The notes below the pieces were generated by a model. It was given only the letters and a program-made list of their open reading frames with translations, was not told where the DNA came from and did not search any database. 64,000 bases of DNA, from assembly GCA_965223325.1 (NCBI GenBank), contig CBDCWI010000002.1, positions 2,208,001 through 2,272,000 on the forward strand, in the 5' to 3' direction. Position numbers and translations under genes: made by a program. How positions within the stretch are numbered: the stretch's first letter is position 1; every line of letters starts with the position of its first letter. This document shows, in pieces, positions 28,804 through 38,419 of this stretch. Source of the DNA: Candidatus Multivoradales bacterium (GTDB lineage Bacteria > Acidobacteriota > Thermoanaerobaculia > Multivoradales > Multivoraceae).

Positions 28804-31059
28804 TCAGGGCGAACAGGTTGAGAAGGCCGCCGTGTCGGTAAGCGCCGGAGCGGCAACCCCGACCGGGTTCTCGTGCAGGTAGGTCGAGCCCGTTTCGGAG
28901 TCGGTCACTTCGAGCCGGAAACCAACGTCGGTGGTAGCGGCAGCGAACACCCAGAAGCGGTCGTTGACAGCGCAACCATCGAGGACCTTGACCAACATCT
29001 CCCAGTTGTCCTCGCTGAAGAACCAGAAGAGCCCCGAGTCTTCGGAAGAAACCGGCACAACCTGGCCGCTGCCCGAAGCGCCCGAAGCATTCGTCCATTC
29101 GACTTCGACCCGAAAGCGTCCGTCGTTGAGACACATGGTCGTTTCGCCCGCCACGCAGGGTTCGGGACCACCGGTGACACGACCGTCGAAGTAGTCCTTG
29201 GCGAGGGCGAAAGAGTCGGGCCCGATCTTCGAGCCCATGAACCGCCCCGGGATGTCGTCCTGCGTCGGGTGGATGCCACCGTAGATGCGCGACAAGCTGC
29301 ATTCGTCGGCAGCGTCATAGTAGGTCGCCCACTGCAGTTTCAGGTCGGTTGACGGCCCCTCCTCGAACACCAGGAAGCGGTTCTTGCCGGTCTGGAACTC
29401 GCCGACTCCACCGGGAAAGAACTCCGAGCCAGTAAACAGGGTCAGCAGCTCCGCGGCCGCTCGCGAGTAGGTGCTGTGACCTGAAACGTAGGCGGCAAAG
29501 GGCGGGGTGACGAAACTCGGCCGCTGGTACGGCCACCACTCACTCGCCAGAATCCAGCCCACACCGGCGGTGTCGTTCGAGGGGTTGGAGATGTAGTTCG
29601 GTCCACGCCATGCCCACACCGCGATGTCGCCAATGCGGTGGCGAAGGTGCTCGTGGCGCCCTCCTGGTTCCGACGACAGTTCGGTGATGATCTCGACCCG
29701 GCCCGGCTCGAGTGCCAGACCGACCGGATCGTAGTTCGCCGCCGTCGGATCCGTACGCTGGTGAGCCGCCAGATGGCGGATTACCGAGATCGGTCGCACA
29801 TAGTCGTACCATCCCTTGGCACCCCATGCCGCAATCGCGACATCGTGCATGGTGCCACCGAGCGCGAAGTAGAGCTTCACATCCCACTCGAGATCATTCA
29901 GTAGCTCACCGCTACCCTGGAAGCGTTTCTCGGCGATCTGGTCGGTGACCTCGTTGGCAATCACGAACCAGTGCCCGGGTGGCGTCTCCGAGTCCGGTCC
30001 GTCGGCCCAGAACTCCGCCAGCACACGATAATAGTCGGCGGCGAAAACGACATTGGATGCGTAGGGCTGCCCGGTCAACGGGTTCGTCGCGCGCCCGCTG
30101 CCCGAGTTGGTGCCCAGGGGGTTGTTTCCGCGCGTTCCCGGACTGATATCGATCATCATGCCGTCGGCGGGATCGAGCAGGCTGCTCCACTCGAGCACCT
30201 GCTCGAACCCAGACAGGTACTGGTCTTCGCGCGCGGTGCCCAGGAGCGGCGGTGGACCTGGGTCGTGGTACAAGCGGTACTCGAACCCATCGCGCTCGCC
30301 AACCGTCATGTCTTCTTCTCGGAGGGCGAAGGGCGACACCCAGCCCCACTCCGGGCTGACAAACTCGGGCGTTGCACCCGGGACGACATTGCCCCCTTGA
30401 TCGATGAACACGTCGAGGCTGAGCGGTTGCCAGCGGTTGGGATCAACCAGCCCCGAGGTTCCCGCAACCACTGGAAACAGAGGCGGGTTGACCGGCTCGT
30501 AGAAGCGGTTGGCGTAGTCATTCGACTCGTTGGACCCATCCGTCAAGCCGTAGGCGATCCAGGTCGCGGCCACGCGGTTCCCCAAGGCCGACGGCGTATC
30601 ACCAACCGTTCCGCTGTCCGTCGGGTCATACCCAAGACCGGCCAGAATCGTCTGAATTCTCGTCAGGGTCTGGTCGCGCCCTGGAGAATCGCGGAACCGC
30701 CATTCGATGATTCGATAGGCGGCGAAGCTGATCGCTTCTTCTCGCGCCGCCTCGACGTCGACCGCGGTCGCCCGTTCGTGGTGAAGGTAGGTGTCGGCCT
30801 GGTCGTCGTACGCCGCCCAGGCGTCGTACATCGCGCCCGAGCTGTGGAAGAGGTTGCGTGCATGAACGGTCGGACGGGCAAGGTCACCGCGAATCGCTTC
30901 CAATACCTCGTCGTTCCAGAAGCGCGCCACGGACTTTTGCGCCACCAGCGGCGCTGTGCTGAGAACGCACACCAAGATTGCCGGTGTGAGCTGAAGTGCC
31001 AGGCCCCAGCCACAGCGGAGGTCAGCCTGGGGGGATTCTTTGAGCGGGAAGCGGATCAT
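28804..31059 (-). CDS. Secreted vanadium-dependent haloperoxidase / PAP2-superfamily protein with acidobacterial C-terminal domain
   Basis: SVARFWN..RPTVHARNLFH, EFWADGPDSETPPGHW, KGWYDYVRP, PPFAAYVSGHS and SRIYGGIH; C-terminal GLFWFFSEDNWEMLVKVLDGC. Confidence 0.82.
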   Translation of the reverse strand: MIRFPLKESPQADLRCGWGLALQLTPAILVCVLSTAPLVAQKSVARFWNDEVLEAIRGDLARPTVHARNLFHSSGAMYDAWAAYDDQADTYLHHERATAVDVEAAREEAISFAAYRIIEWRFRDSPGRDQTLTRIQTILAGLGYDPTDSGTVGDTPSALGNRVAATWIAYGLTDGSNESNDYANRFYEPVNPPLFPVVAGTSGLVDPNRWQPLSLDVFIDQGGNVVPGATPEFVSPEWGWVSPFALREEDMTVGERDGFEYRLYHDPGPPPLLGTAREDQYLSGFEQVLEWSSLLDPADGMMIDISPGTRGNNPLGTNSGSGRATNPLTGQPYASNVVFAADYYRVLAEFWADGPDSETPPGHWFVIANEVTDQIAEKRFQGSGELLNDLEWDVKLYFALGGTMHDVAIAAWGAKGWYDYVRPISVIRHLAAHQRTDPTAANYDPVGLALEPGRVEIITELSSEPGGRHEHLRHRIGDIAVWAWRGPNYISNPSNDTAGVGWILASEWWPYQRPSFVTPPFAAYVSGHSTYSRAAAELLTLFTGSEFFPGGVGEFQTGKNRFLVFEEGPSTDLKLQWATYYDAADECSLSRIYGGIHPTQDDIPGRFMGSKIGPDSFALAKDYFDGRVTGGPEPCVAGETTMCLNDGRFRVEVEWTNASGASGSGQVVPVSSEDSGLFWFFSEDNWEMLVKVLDGCAVNDRFWVFAAATTDVGFRLEVTDSETGSTYLHENPVGVAAPALTDTAAFSTCSP

Positions 31060-31187
31060 GGGAAGTCTCCTGGCTGCCGATCGAGTGGCAACGAATTCCC
31101 GAACAATAACTCCACATCCTCGTTTTACAAAGAACCCTAGGTACAATCCCCAGGAGCAGCTGCCCGCGGCGCCGCCAGAATGGAGAT

Positions 31188-33839
31188 TTACGGGCCCGAA
31201 AGCGCCTCGACCGGCGCCACACGCGTCGCCCGCAGGGCCGGCACCAACGACGCGACCATCGCCAGCAACACAATTCCCAGAACGACGCTCGCCAGAATCA
31301 TCGGCTCATGGGGACGCACACCGAACAGGAGGCCGGCGAGCAGGCGCGAGGTCACGAGGCTTGCGGCAGTTCCCACCGCCACTCCAGCGAGGGTCAGGAC
31401 GAGTCCGGAGCGTAGGAACTGCCCGAGCACCTGCTGGCGCCGCGCCCCGAGAGCCATTCGTACACCAATCTCGTGCCGCTCCTGCGCGATCGAATAGCTC
31501 AAGAGGCCGTAGACCCCGAGCAGAGACAAGAGCACCGCAATCGCGGCAAAGGCGCCCAACAGGAGCACCACGAACCGCCGCTTGGCCAACGACGCATCGA
31601 CCGTCTCGCTCATCGTGCCGATGTCGTAGAGGGCGATGGCCGGGTCGAGCTCGCGCACCACGCTTTCGAGAGCGGGCACGATCGCCCTGGGGTCGCCGTC
31701 GGTACGCACCATCAGGGTCGCCGCACCTCGATGAGGTGCCTGCGCCAGCGGTACATAGACCGCCGGAGGCGTTGCGCTCTCGAGCCCATGGATCTTCTCG
31801 TTCACAATCACACCAACGATCTCGCGTTCGACTCCCCAGAAGGCCAGGCGCTGTCCGAGCGCGGCTCCTCCCGGAAAGAATCGATCGATGGCTGCTTGGT
31901 TGACGACCGCCACCGCCGGCCGATCGACCGCGTCGCGCTCGCTGAACAGTCGCCCGTCGGCGCGTCTCAAGCGATTGGTCTCGAAGTACTCACGTGAAAC
32001 CAGACGTACCGAGATCTCCCCCTGCTCGGCCGCCTCGGCCTCCCTGCCGACGATGACGAAGCTGTTGGTGAAGCCCGGAGCGAGTGGGTGATCCGTGGTT
32101 AGCGCTGCCGAAACCACCGACGGCAGAGCTTCTGCACCGGCAACCAGCCTCCGATCGAAGCGCTCGATCTCCTGCCAGTTCGGGTAGTTCGAGAAGTCGG
32201 AGGGATAGCGTGAACTCGGCAGCCTGAAGCTGGCTCGCAGAACCGAGTCGGCCGAGAAACCGGCATCGACACCAGCGACGTTGGCCAGCGAACTTCCCAA
32301 CAAGGCGGCCGACGTCGCCAGAACCAGGGCCATGGCCACCTGGGCGGCGACCAGCAGTCGACGAGTCCGCAGGCCACTCCGGGCGCTGCCCGCACGGCGC
32401 TGGCCCGAACGAAGAACGCCGGCCAGGCTGCCAGGCTCGTAGCGCACCGCGGGAAGGGCGGCACACAGAACCATCAATGCGAAACCAACACCCAACGCCG
32501 GCAGGAAGGCGCTGAGCCGTGGCTCGCTCAGCTGCCCTCCGGAGACCTCGAGCAGATCGGGCGCTAGAGCCCCGAAGCCACGCAGGAGAAGGTGAGTCAT
32601 TCCGATCGCTACCAGGCTAGCGATCGAGGCAAGGAGTAAGGCCTCGATGAAGAAGCGCCTGAAGACACCGAAGCGCCCGGCTCCGAGCGCTGCCGTTACC
32701 GCCAACTCATGACGGCGGCTCGAAGAGCGCGCCATCGTCAGGTTGGCAATGTTCACGCACGCGGTCGCCAGCAGAATCAGGACCGCCAGGGCGAGGAATC
32801 GCAACGGCTGCTTCAAATCGCCGCGCACGACCTCGTCGACCGGTTCCACCATGAAGCCCCGGCCAGCGTTCTCGCGGGGATACTCGCGCTCGAGATCGGT
32901 GCCGATCTGCCCCAACTCAGCCCGCGCCTCCGCGAGGGCGACCCCCTCTTTCAGGCGTGCGATCACCCAGGTCGAGTGGCTCCATCGCGGCGACGTCGAG
33001 GCATCTTCCTGGAGAGGCAGCCAGATGTCCGGCTGCCTCAAAGGTCGCGCAAGACTGCTGCGGCTCACACCAACGACCAGGTGCGGATCCCCTTCGATCG
33101 AGACAGACTGGCCCACGATGTTCGGATCTGAGCCGAAAGCGCGGCGCCAGAATCGCTCACCGAGAACGACGACCGCGGGGCCACCCGGGCGCGCCTCGCT
33201 ATCGGTAAAGAAGCGGCCAGCTACGACCCGTGGACCGAGGATGACCTCGTAGTTTGCGGTAGCCGATGCAACCTCGACGTGCATCGCCTCACCTCTGGGC
33301 GGTAAGAGATTGGCATCGCTCGCCGACCAGGCCGCCACACCCGACAGGGTTCTGGTTCGCTCCTGGAGATCGAGGTAGTCCGGCACCGACGACGGCTCAC
33401 GTTGGGTTCCCGTCAAGCGGTCGGCTTGCCAGACAACAACCACCTCCCGGTGACGATCCATCGGAAGCGGTTGCAGCAAGAGCGACTGCACCGCACTCGA
33501 CACCGCAGCGGCCGCTCCGACCGCGACCGCCAGCGTCACGATCACCAGCCAGGAATAGCCGGGTTCGCGCACCAGCGTACGCCCGGCCGCCCGCAGGTCG
33601 AGACGCCACGACGAAAACAAAAGGCGCCTTTCTTCTCTCCGGCGGCGCGCCTGGGTCAAGGCGACGCATTCGCGCTCGACTTCTCTCCGGTTGCCGAAGG
33701 CCTCTGAGACCATACGGCGGGCGGCCTCCGGATCCATGCCCTGTTCCACCAACTCTTCGACCCGCTGATCGAAATGGAACTGAAGCTCGTCCTTGACTTC
33801 TTCCTCGGCTTTGCGGCCGAACGGCCGGGGCCGCCTCAC
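31188..33839 (-). CDS. ADOP-family duplicated MacB/FtsX-like ABC permease
   Basis: EEVKDELQFH permease prefix, ACVNIANL, EIGVRMALGA and PALRATRVAPVEAL; duplicated architecture; overlaps the PadR stop. Confidence 0.9.
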   Translation of the reverse strand: MRRPRPFGRKAEEEVKDELQFHFDQRVEELVEQGMDPEAARRMVSEAFGNRREVERECVALTQARRRREERRLLFSSWRLDLRAAGRTLVREPGYSWLVIVTLAVAVGAAAAVSSAVQSLLLQPLPMDRHREVVVVWQADRLTGTQREPSSVPDYLDLQERTRTLSGVAAWSASDANLLPPRGEAMHVEVASATANYEVILGPRVVAGRFFTDSEARPGGPAVVVLGERFWRRAFGSDPNIVGQSVSIEGDPHLVVGVSRSSLARPLRQPDIWLPLQEDASTSPRWSHSTWVIARLKEGVALAEARAELGQIGTDLEREYPRENAGRGFMVEPVDEVVRGDLKQPLRFLALAVLILLATACVNIANLTMARSSSRRHELAVTAALGAGRFGVFRRFFIEALLLASIASLVAIGMTHLLLRGFGALAPDLLEVSGGQLSEPRLSAFLPALGVGFALMVLCAALPAVRYEPGSLAGVLRSGQRRAGSARSGLRTRRLLVAAQVAMALVLATSAALLGSSLANVAGVDAGFSADSVLRASFRLPSSRYPSDFSNYPNWQEIERFDRRLVAGAEALPSVVSAALTTDHPLAPGFTNSFVIVGREAEAAEQGEISVRLVSREYFETNRLRRADGRLFSERDAVDRPAVAVVNQAAIDRFFPGGAALGQRLAFWGVEREIVGVIVNEKIHGLESATPPAVYVPLAQAPHRGAATLMVRTDGDPRAIVPALESVVRELDPAIALYDIGTMSETVDASLAKRRFVVLLLGAFAAIAVLLSLLGVYGLLSYSIAQERHEIGVRMALGARRQQVLGQFLRSGLVLTLAGVAVGTAASLVTSRLLAGLLFGVRPHEPMILASVVLGIVLLAMVASLVPALRATRVAPVEALSGP

Positions 33840-34216
33840 GGGATCACCGCCACGGTCTCGTCGCCGCCGACCTCTGGCAGGACCACGCCGAGCACCCGGG
33901 CGACGGCTTGCACGTGGCGCAGCCAGTGGGCCGACTCCTGATCGAGGCGCGACTGACCCTTGGGGGTCAAGCGATAGAACTTCGCCCGCCGTCCTTCATC
34001 TGTAGTGCCCCATTCGCCGAGGAGCATTCCATCGCGCTCCAGCCGATGAAGAGCGGGATATAGAGCGCCCTCCTCGATGATCAGGGCGTCCCGCGCCGCT
34101 TCTGTGATCGATTTCAGAATGCCGAGACCGTGAGCTCGACCCTCGCTGGAGTCCGCCAGCGTCCTGAGGATCAGCAGGTTCAGGGTGCCGTACAGAGTGT
34201 GGCCGGCGCGTTTCAT
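33836..34216 (-). CDS. Acidobacterial PadR-family transcriptional regulator
   Basis: GTLNLLILRTL, HGLGI, EEGALYPALHRLE and RRAKFYRLT motifs. Confidence 0.9.
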   Translation of the reverse strand: MKRAGHTLYGTLNLLILRTLADSSEGRAHGLGILKSITEAARDALIIEEGALYPALHRLERDGMLLGEWGTTDEGRRAKFYRLTPKGQSRLDQESAHWLRHVQAVARVLGVVLPEVGGDETVAVIP

Positions 34217-34269
34217 GGTCGCGACTCCTTCTGGTCGGGGAATCGTCGGGATCGATGGCCACATCCTAA

Positions 34270-34284
34270 CCTAATCTTCTTAGG
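34270..34284. promoter_or_regulatory. Candidate PadR operator
   Basis: CCTAA-TCTTC-TTAGG inverted repeat about 55 bp upstream of the padR start, in an AT-rich patch. Confidence 0.4.
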
Positions 34285-34333
34285 CTATCCCCCGACCCGG
34301 CCCGCGACTCGCGTTTCGCCCGACACAAGCCCC

Positions 34334-34732
34334 TCAGGCCACGTCAAGGGCGTGGGCGATGAGATCGTCCAGCGACAGGATCTCGAGCGCTGACTCATCG
34401 GTCGCCGCGAGCACCACCTGCGGCGCGTAGCCGGCGTCGAGTGCCTCCTGCCAGCGCGAGGCGCACAGGCACCAGCGATCTCCGGGCTGCAGGCCGGCGA
34501 AAGCGTACTCAGGCCGCGGCGTCGAGAGGTCGTTGCCGACTGCTTGGCTAAAAGCCAGGAACTCGGCCGTCATGCGCACGCATACGACGTGCCGACCGAC
34601 GTCCTCTGGCCCGGTGTGACAGCAGCCGTCACGAAAGAAGCCAGTCATCGGGTCGGTGCTGCAGAACTCGAGGGCACCACCGAGAACGTTGCGGGAGGCG
34701 TCGCGAGATGCGGGAAAGTCTTCTTCGGTCAT
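34334..34732 (-). CDS. DUF2237 family protein
   Basis: NVLG..L..CS.DPMTGFFRDGCC, GNDLSTPRPE and GLQPGDRWCLCASRW motifs. Confidence 0.9.
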   Translation of the reverse strand: MTEEDFPASRDASRNVLGGALEFCSTDPMTGFFRDGCCHTGPEDVGRHVVCVRMTAEFLAFSQAVGNDLSTPRPEYAFAGLQPGDRWCLCASRWQEALDAGYAPQVVLAATDESALEILSLDDLIAHALDVA

Positions 34733-34797
34733 GCGATTCGTTCCCAGCCCGAGAGCAGCTCCGCCCGTTCTGGCGCCGCAGTTCGGGCTCCGCTCCC

Positions 34798-35169
34798 TCA
34801 GCTCCAGTAGCTGTCAGCGAGACCGAAGGCCAGGGCCGCCAGGCCACCCAGGAGAGGAAAGGCGAGGACCGCGAGCATGGCACGAAAGGCAAGACCACGG
34901 GTACGCCCCGAAAAGGCGACGATGGCCTGGCCGACAACCACCCCAGCGAAGGGCAGCGCACCCAGAACACCGTGGGCACACCATGGGCAGTCGCGACTTC
35001 CAGCGTCGTGAACGTTGCAAGCGGCGGCACCTCCGGCCCACAACGCCCGACAGCCACAGTCAAACAACAGGTCGCAGAACTGCAGAAAGAACAAGGCCGC
35101 AAGGACTACGCTGCCTAGAAAGACGAAGACATTCGGCCAACGAAACTGCCAGGTCAGTTGTGTAACCAC
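34798..35169 (-). CDS. Small Cys-rich membrane protein of unknown function
   Basis: Three hydrophobic segments around the loop FCDLLFDCGC...ACNVH...DCPWC; overlaps the ABC ATPase stop. Start uncertain. Confidence 0.6.
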   Translation of the reverse strand: MVTQLTWQFRWPNVFVFLGSVVLAALFFLQFCDLLFDCGCRALWAGGAAACNVHDAGSRDCPWCAHGVLGALPFAGVVVGQAIVAFSGRTRGLAFRAMLAVLAFPLLGGLAALAFGLADSYWS

Positions 35170-35816
35170 CCGTCGCGTAGCCGCACGATGCGGTTGCCAA
35201 ACGCAGCGCACTCCTCAGAGTGCGTCACCTGAACGATGGTGGTGCCCTCGTCGTTGAGCCCCTTGAAGAGTTGCATGATCTCGAGACCCTGCTCGCTGTG
35301 CAGGTTGCCGGTCGGTTCGTCAGCCAGAATGACACGGGGACCGGTTATCACCGCTCGCGCTACCCCAACCAACTGTTGCTGCCCGCCCGAGAGCTGATTG
35401 GGATAGAGGTCCTTCTTGCCGACGATCTGGAAACGGTCGAGGGTATCGGCCACCAGCGCCTGACGTTCGCCACGCTTGATCTTGCGGTAGGACAGCGGCA
35501 CCTCGAGGTTCTCTGCCACCGTCAAATGATCGAGCAGGTGGTAGCTCTGAAAGACGAAGCCGATGTTCTCTTTGTGAAGCTGGTTGCGATGCTTGGGCTT
35601 GAGCGCGTGCACGGGTTGGTCCGCAAACCAGTACTCACCCTGCCAGTCCCCGTCGAGCATGCCGAAGATATGCAGCAGAGTGGACTTCCCTGCTCCCGAC
35701 GGCCCCATGATGGTGACGAACTCACCCTCCTCGATCGACAGCGTGAGCTGTCTCAAGACCCAGGTGCGACCGGCGCCTGAGTCATAGAACTTCTCGAGGT
35801 TCTCTGTTCGAATCAT
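35154..35816 (-). CDS. ABC transporter ATP-binding protein (MacB/LolD-like)
   Basis: GPSGAGKS, LSGGQQQL, ILADEPTGNL and VTH motifs. Confidence 0.92.
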   Translation of the reverse strand: MIRTENLEKFYDSGAGRTWVLRQLTLSIEEGEFVTIMGPSGAGKSTLLHIFGMLDGDWQGEYWFADQPVHALKPKHRNQLHKENIGFVFQSYHLLDHLTVAENLEVPLSYRKIKRGERQALVADTLDRFQIVGKKDLYPNQLSGGQQQLVGVARAVITGPRVILADEPTGNLHSEQGLEIMQLFKGLNDEGTTIVQVTHSEECAAFGNRIVRLRDGWLHN

Positions 35817-36069
35817 GTGGGGTCTCGGATGGCGAGCTGTCGGGCAAGCAAGGGTGAGGGTTCAAGACAGCGCCGAGGTTACCGCGACTCCGCACGCGCC
35901 AGAAGAGGAGCCTCGCGCACAGAAAAGCCACTCACGGCACGCCGCCATGGATGCCAGGGCCTCTGGGGTGCCTGGGCTATCGCTGCATGGACCGGGGCAT
36001 GGGGCGCCATTGCGGCACCGGTCCCCCGACGACCCCACACGACCGAGCAGAGTTCGGTTGCTCGGTTGC

Positions 36070-36816
36070 TCAGGTGACTCCGGAATGCTCAGCAACCTCG
36101 ACCACCCCCTCTTCGACGATACGACCGTCGAACAAGTGGACCGAACGCTCAGCATGCGCGGCGTAGCGGGGATCATGGGTGACCATGCAGATCGTCGCAC
36201 CGCCTGAGTGCAACTCCTGCATCAGGTTCATCACTGCTTCACCGTTGGTGGAGTCGAGGTTACCGGTCGGCTCATCGGCAAGCAGAATCGACGGGTCACC
36301 AACCACAGCCCGGGCAACCGCAACACGCTGCTGTTGACCACCAGAGAGCTGCGACGGGTAATGCTTCATACGATGGGACATTCCGACGCGCTCGAGGGAG
36401 TGCTGGACGCGCTCGCGGCGCTCTGCCGACGGCATGCCGCGATAGGTCAACGGTAGCTCGACGTTCTCGTAGACATTGAGATCGCCGATCAGGTTGAAGG
36501 CCTGGAAGATGAAGCCGACCTCGCGGTTTCTTATGCGCGCGCGCTGCGACATGTTGAGGTCGGCAACCTCCTGCTTGTTGAGCGTGTAGCGACCGTCTGT
36601 GGGCGTGTCGAGGAGGCCGAGAATCGACAGCAAGGTCGACTTTCCGCAACCTGAGGGACCGGCAATCGCAACGTAGTCACCCTTCAAAATGTCGAGGTGA
36701 ATGCCGTTCAGGGCATGGGTCTCGACCTCGTCGGTATAGAAGACCTTGTTGACGTCGCGGAGCTCGATGAGTGGCTCGCGGCCGCTGGTTTCGCTGGTTC
36801 TGGACTCTTCGCTCAT
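36070..36816 (-). CDS. ABC transporter ATP-binding protein (MacB/LolD-like)
   Basis: GPSGCGKS, LSGGQQQRVAVARA and LLADEPTGNLD; GGAGG RBS before ATG 36816. Confidence 0.93.
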   Translation of the reverse strand: MSEESRTSETSGREPLIELRDVNKVFYTDEVETHALNGIHLDILKGDYVAIAGPSGCGKSTLLSILGLLDTPTDGRYTLNKQEVADLNMSQRARIRNREVGFIFQAFNLIGDLNVYENVELPLTYRGMPSAERRERVQHSLERVGMSHRMKHYPSQLSGGQQQRVAVARAVVGDPSILLADEPTGNLDSTNGEAVMNLMQELHSGGATICMVTHDPRYAAHAERSVHLFDGRIVEEGVVEVAEHSGVT

Positions 36817-36952
36817 AGGGGGTACTCCTCCGGTTCCCATGGCTCTACTGCCGAGAGATCTTGACTGAGAGGTCACCTCTGAGGCGTTCTTCTGGGACGA
36901 ATGTGCCAAAGACGCGTTTCAGGCGGTGCTTCAAAGGGTGATTCACTCTTAA

Positions 36953-36978
36953 GACGTACGGGACGCGAAATCGTTTCG
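36953..36978 (-). promoter_or_regulatory. ECF-sigma-type promoter
   Basis: Minus strand reads CGAAAC-N16-CGTC, upstream of the ABC ATPase at 36816. Confidence 0.45.
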
Positions 36979-37056
36979 TTCGAGGGGCATTTCGTTTCCA
37001 GGGAGTTTCAGCCATAGGGGTCCAAAGACCCTCCAAGTAACTGAAACAAAAGGCGC

Positions 37057-38310
37057 TTAGTCCAACCGGACCCGGTCGTATTCATCCCAGTTCGAGGTGT
37101 CGGACAGAATCACCTCGTCGCCGACCGCAAGCCCCTCGACAACCTGGACCGTGGTGACCGAGGTCTTGCCCAGCCGCACCTGGACCCGGCGGGCCATCGA
37201 GCCGTCCGCATCCAGCTTGTACAGCCCGACGGTGCTGTCGGCCTGGCCGTAGATCGGTCGGCCGACGTGCAGAACGTCCTCGAGACGCTCGATCTCGATC
37301 GTCCCGTCGACTGAGAGGTCAGGTCGCGCGCCGCGCGGCAACTCACCCGTCAAACGAACGTCGACGGTGACCGTGCCGTTCTGGACTGCCGGATCGATAC
37401 GCATCACTTCGCCTTCGACGATTCCGTTGCGGGTGTCGATGCGCGCCAGCTGCCCGATCCCAACGTCCTTGGCCTGCGTCTCATTGATCCGCAGCTCGGC
37501 CTTGAGGTTCTTGGGCTCGGCAACCCGCGCCAGGTTGAGGCCCGGGGTGACCTGCTGACCCACCTCGACGGGTACCTGTTGCAAGACGCCCGAGATACCG
37601 GCCCGTACGAATAACCCGTCTAGCTGTGAACGCCGTAGCTGGTACAACGCCCGCGCCTGGTCGAGCTGGGCGCGCGCCGAGAGAATCTGTGCCTCGACCG
37701 AACGCTTACTGATCGCGAGGCGCTCCTGCTCGAGTTCGTAGCGCTTGGCGAGTTCATCGGCGACCAGGGTTGACTTCTTGGCCTCGAGCTCTGAGATCAG
37801 GCCATCGATCAGAAGCTGCGCATCGGCCTCGGCCTGCAGCTGAGCCTGCTTGAACTCGGACTCGATGGCGGCAAAGCTGGCGCGCTCGTTGAGAAGGCGA
37901 CTTTCCGCAGCCACCCGCGCATCGGCAAACTCAGCTTCGGCACGGTTGAGCGCCAGGAGAGCATCCTGGGTCTGTTGCTCGAGCTCGGGGTTCGAGAGCT
38001 CGAGCACCACCGTGTCGGGCTCGACCTGAGCACCGGGGAGAATCACGCGGCGCTCAACGCGTCCCTGGGTGCGGGCGGAAACCCAGCGGATCTCCTCCGG
38101 CACCAGAGTGCCCGGCCCGCGCACTTCGCGTAACATTTCGCCACGTTTCACCGTGTCGGTGTACACCGTTGACCGCTCCACCTTGTAGGCCGCCGGCTCG
38201 AGGTTGATCAACCACAGGGTCAGGGCGCCCAGTGCCACGGCGCCAATGACGCCCCAGATGATCTGCTTCTTTCGGCGCGCTTCGGCTACGCCTTCTCGCT
38301 TGACATCCAC
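37057..38310 (-). CDS. HlyD/MacA-family periplasmic adaptor subunit
   Basis: N-terminal TM anchor, VRGPGTLVPE, long alpha-hairpin, VRAGISGVLQ lipoyl motif, VEGLAVGDEVI. Confidence 0.9.
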   Translation of the reverse strand: MDVKREGVAEARRKKQIIWGVIGAVALGALTLWLINLEPAAYKVERSTVYTDTVKRGEMLREVRGPGTLVPEEIRWVSARTQGRVERRVILPGAQVEPDTVVLELSNPELEQQTQDALLALNRAEAEFADARVAAESRLLNERASFAAIESEFKQAQLQAEADAQLLIDGLISELEAKKSTLVADELAKRYELEQERLAISKRSVEAQILSARAQLDQARALYQLRRSQLDGLFVRAGISGVLQQVPVEVGQQVTPGLNLARVAEPKNLKAELRINETQAKDVGIGQLARIDTRNGIVEGEVMRIDPAVQNGTVTVDVRLTGELPRGARPDLSVDGTIEIERLEDVLHVGRPIYGQADSTVGLYKLDADGSMARRVQVRLGKTSVTTVQVVEGLAVGDEVILSDTSNWDEYDRVRLD

Positions 38311-38359
38311 GCTCTACATCTCGCAGTGAAGGAAGTTGTTGGGGGGTTTTGAACCCAGA

Positions 38360-38385
38360 TACGACCGACTGGTCCAGAGGTTGCA
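38360..38385 (-). promoter_or_regulatory. ECF-sigma-type promoter
   Basis: Minus strand reads TGCAAC-N16-CGTA, about 50 bp upstream of the adaptor gene start. Confidence 0.5.
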
Positions 38386-38419
38386 GCCGAGCCCTGGCAT
38401 CCCACGAATCCAGGCCCGA

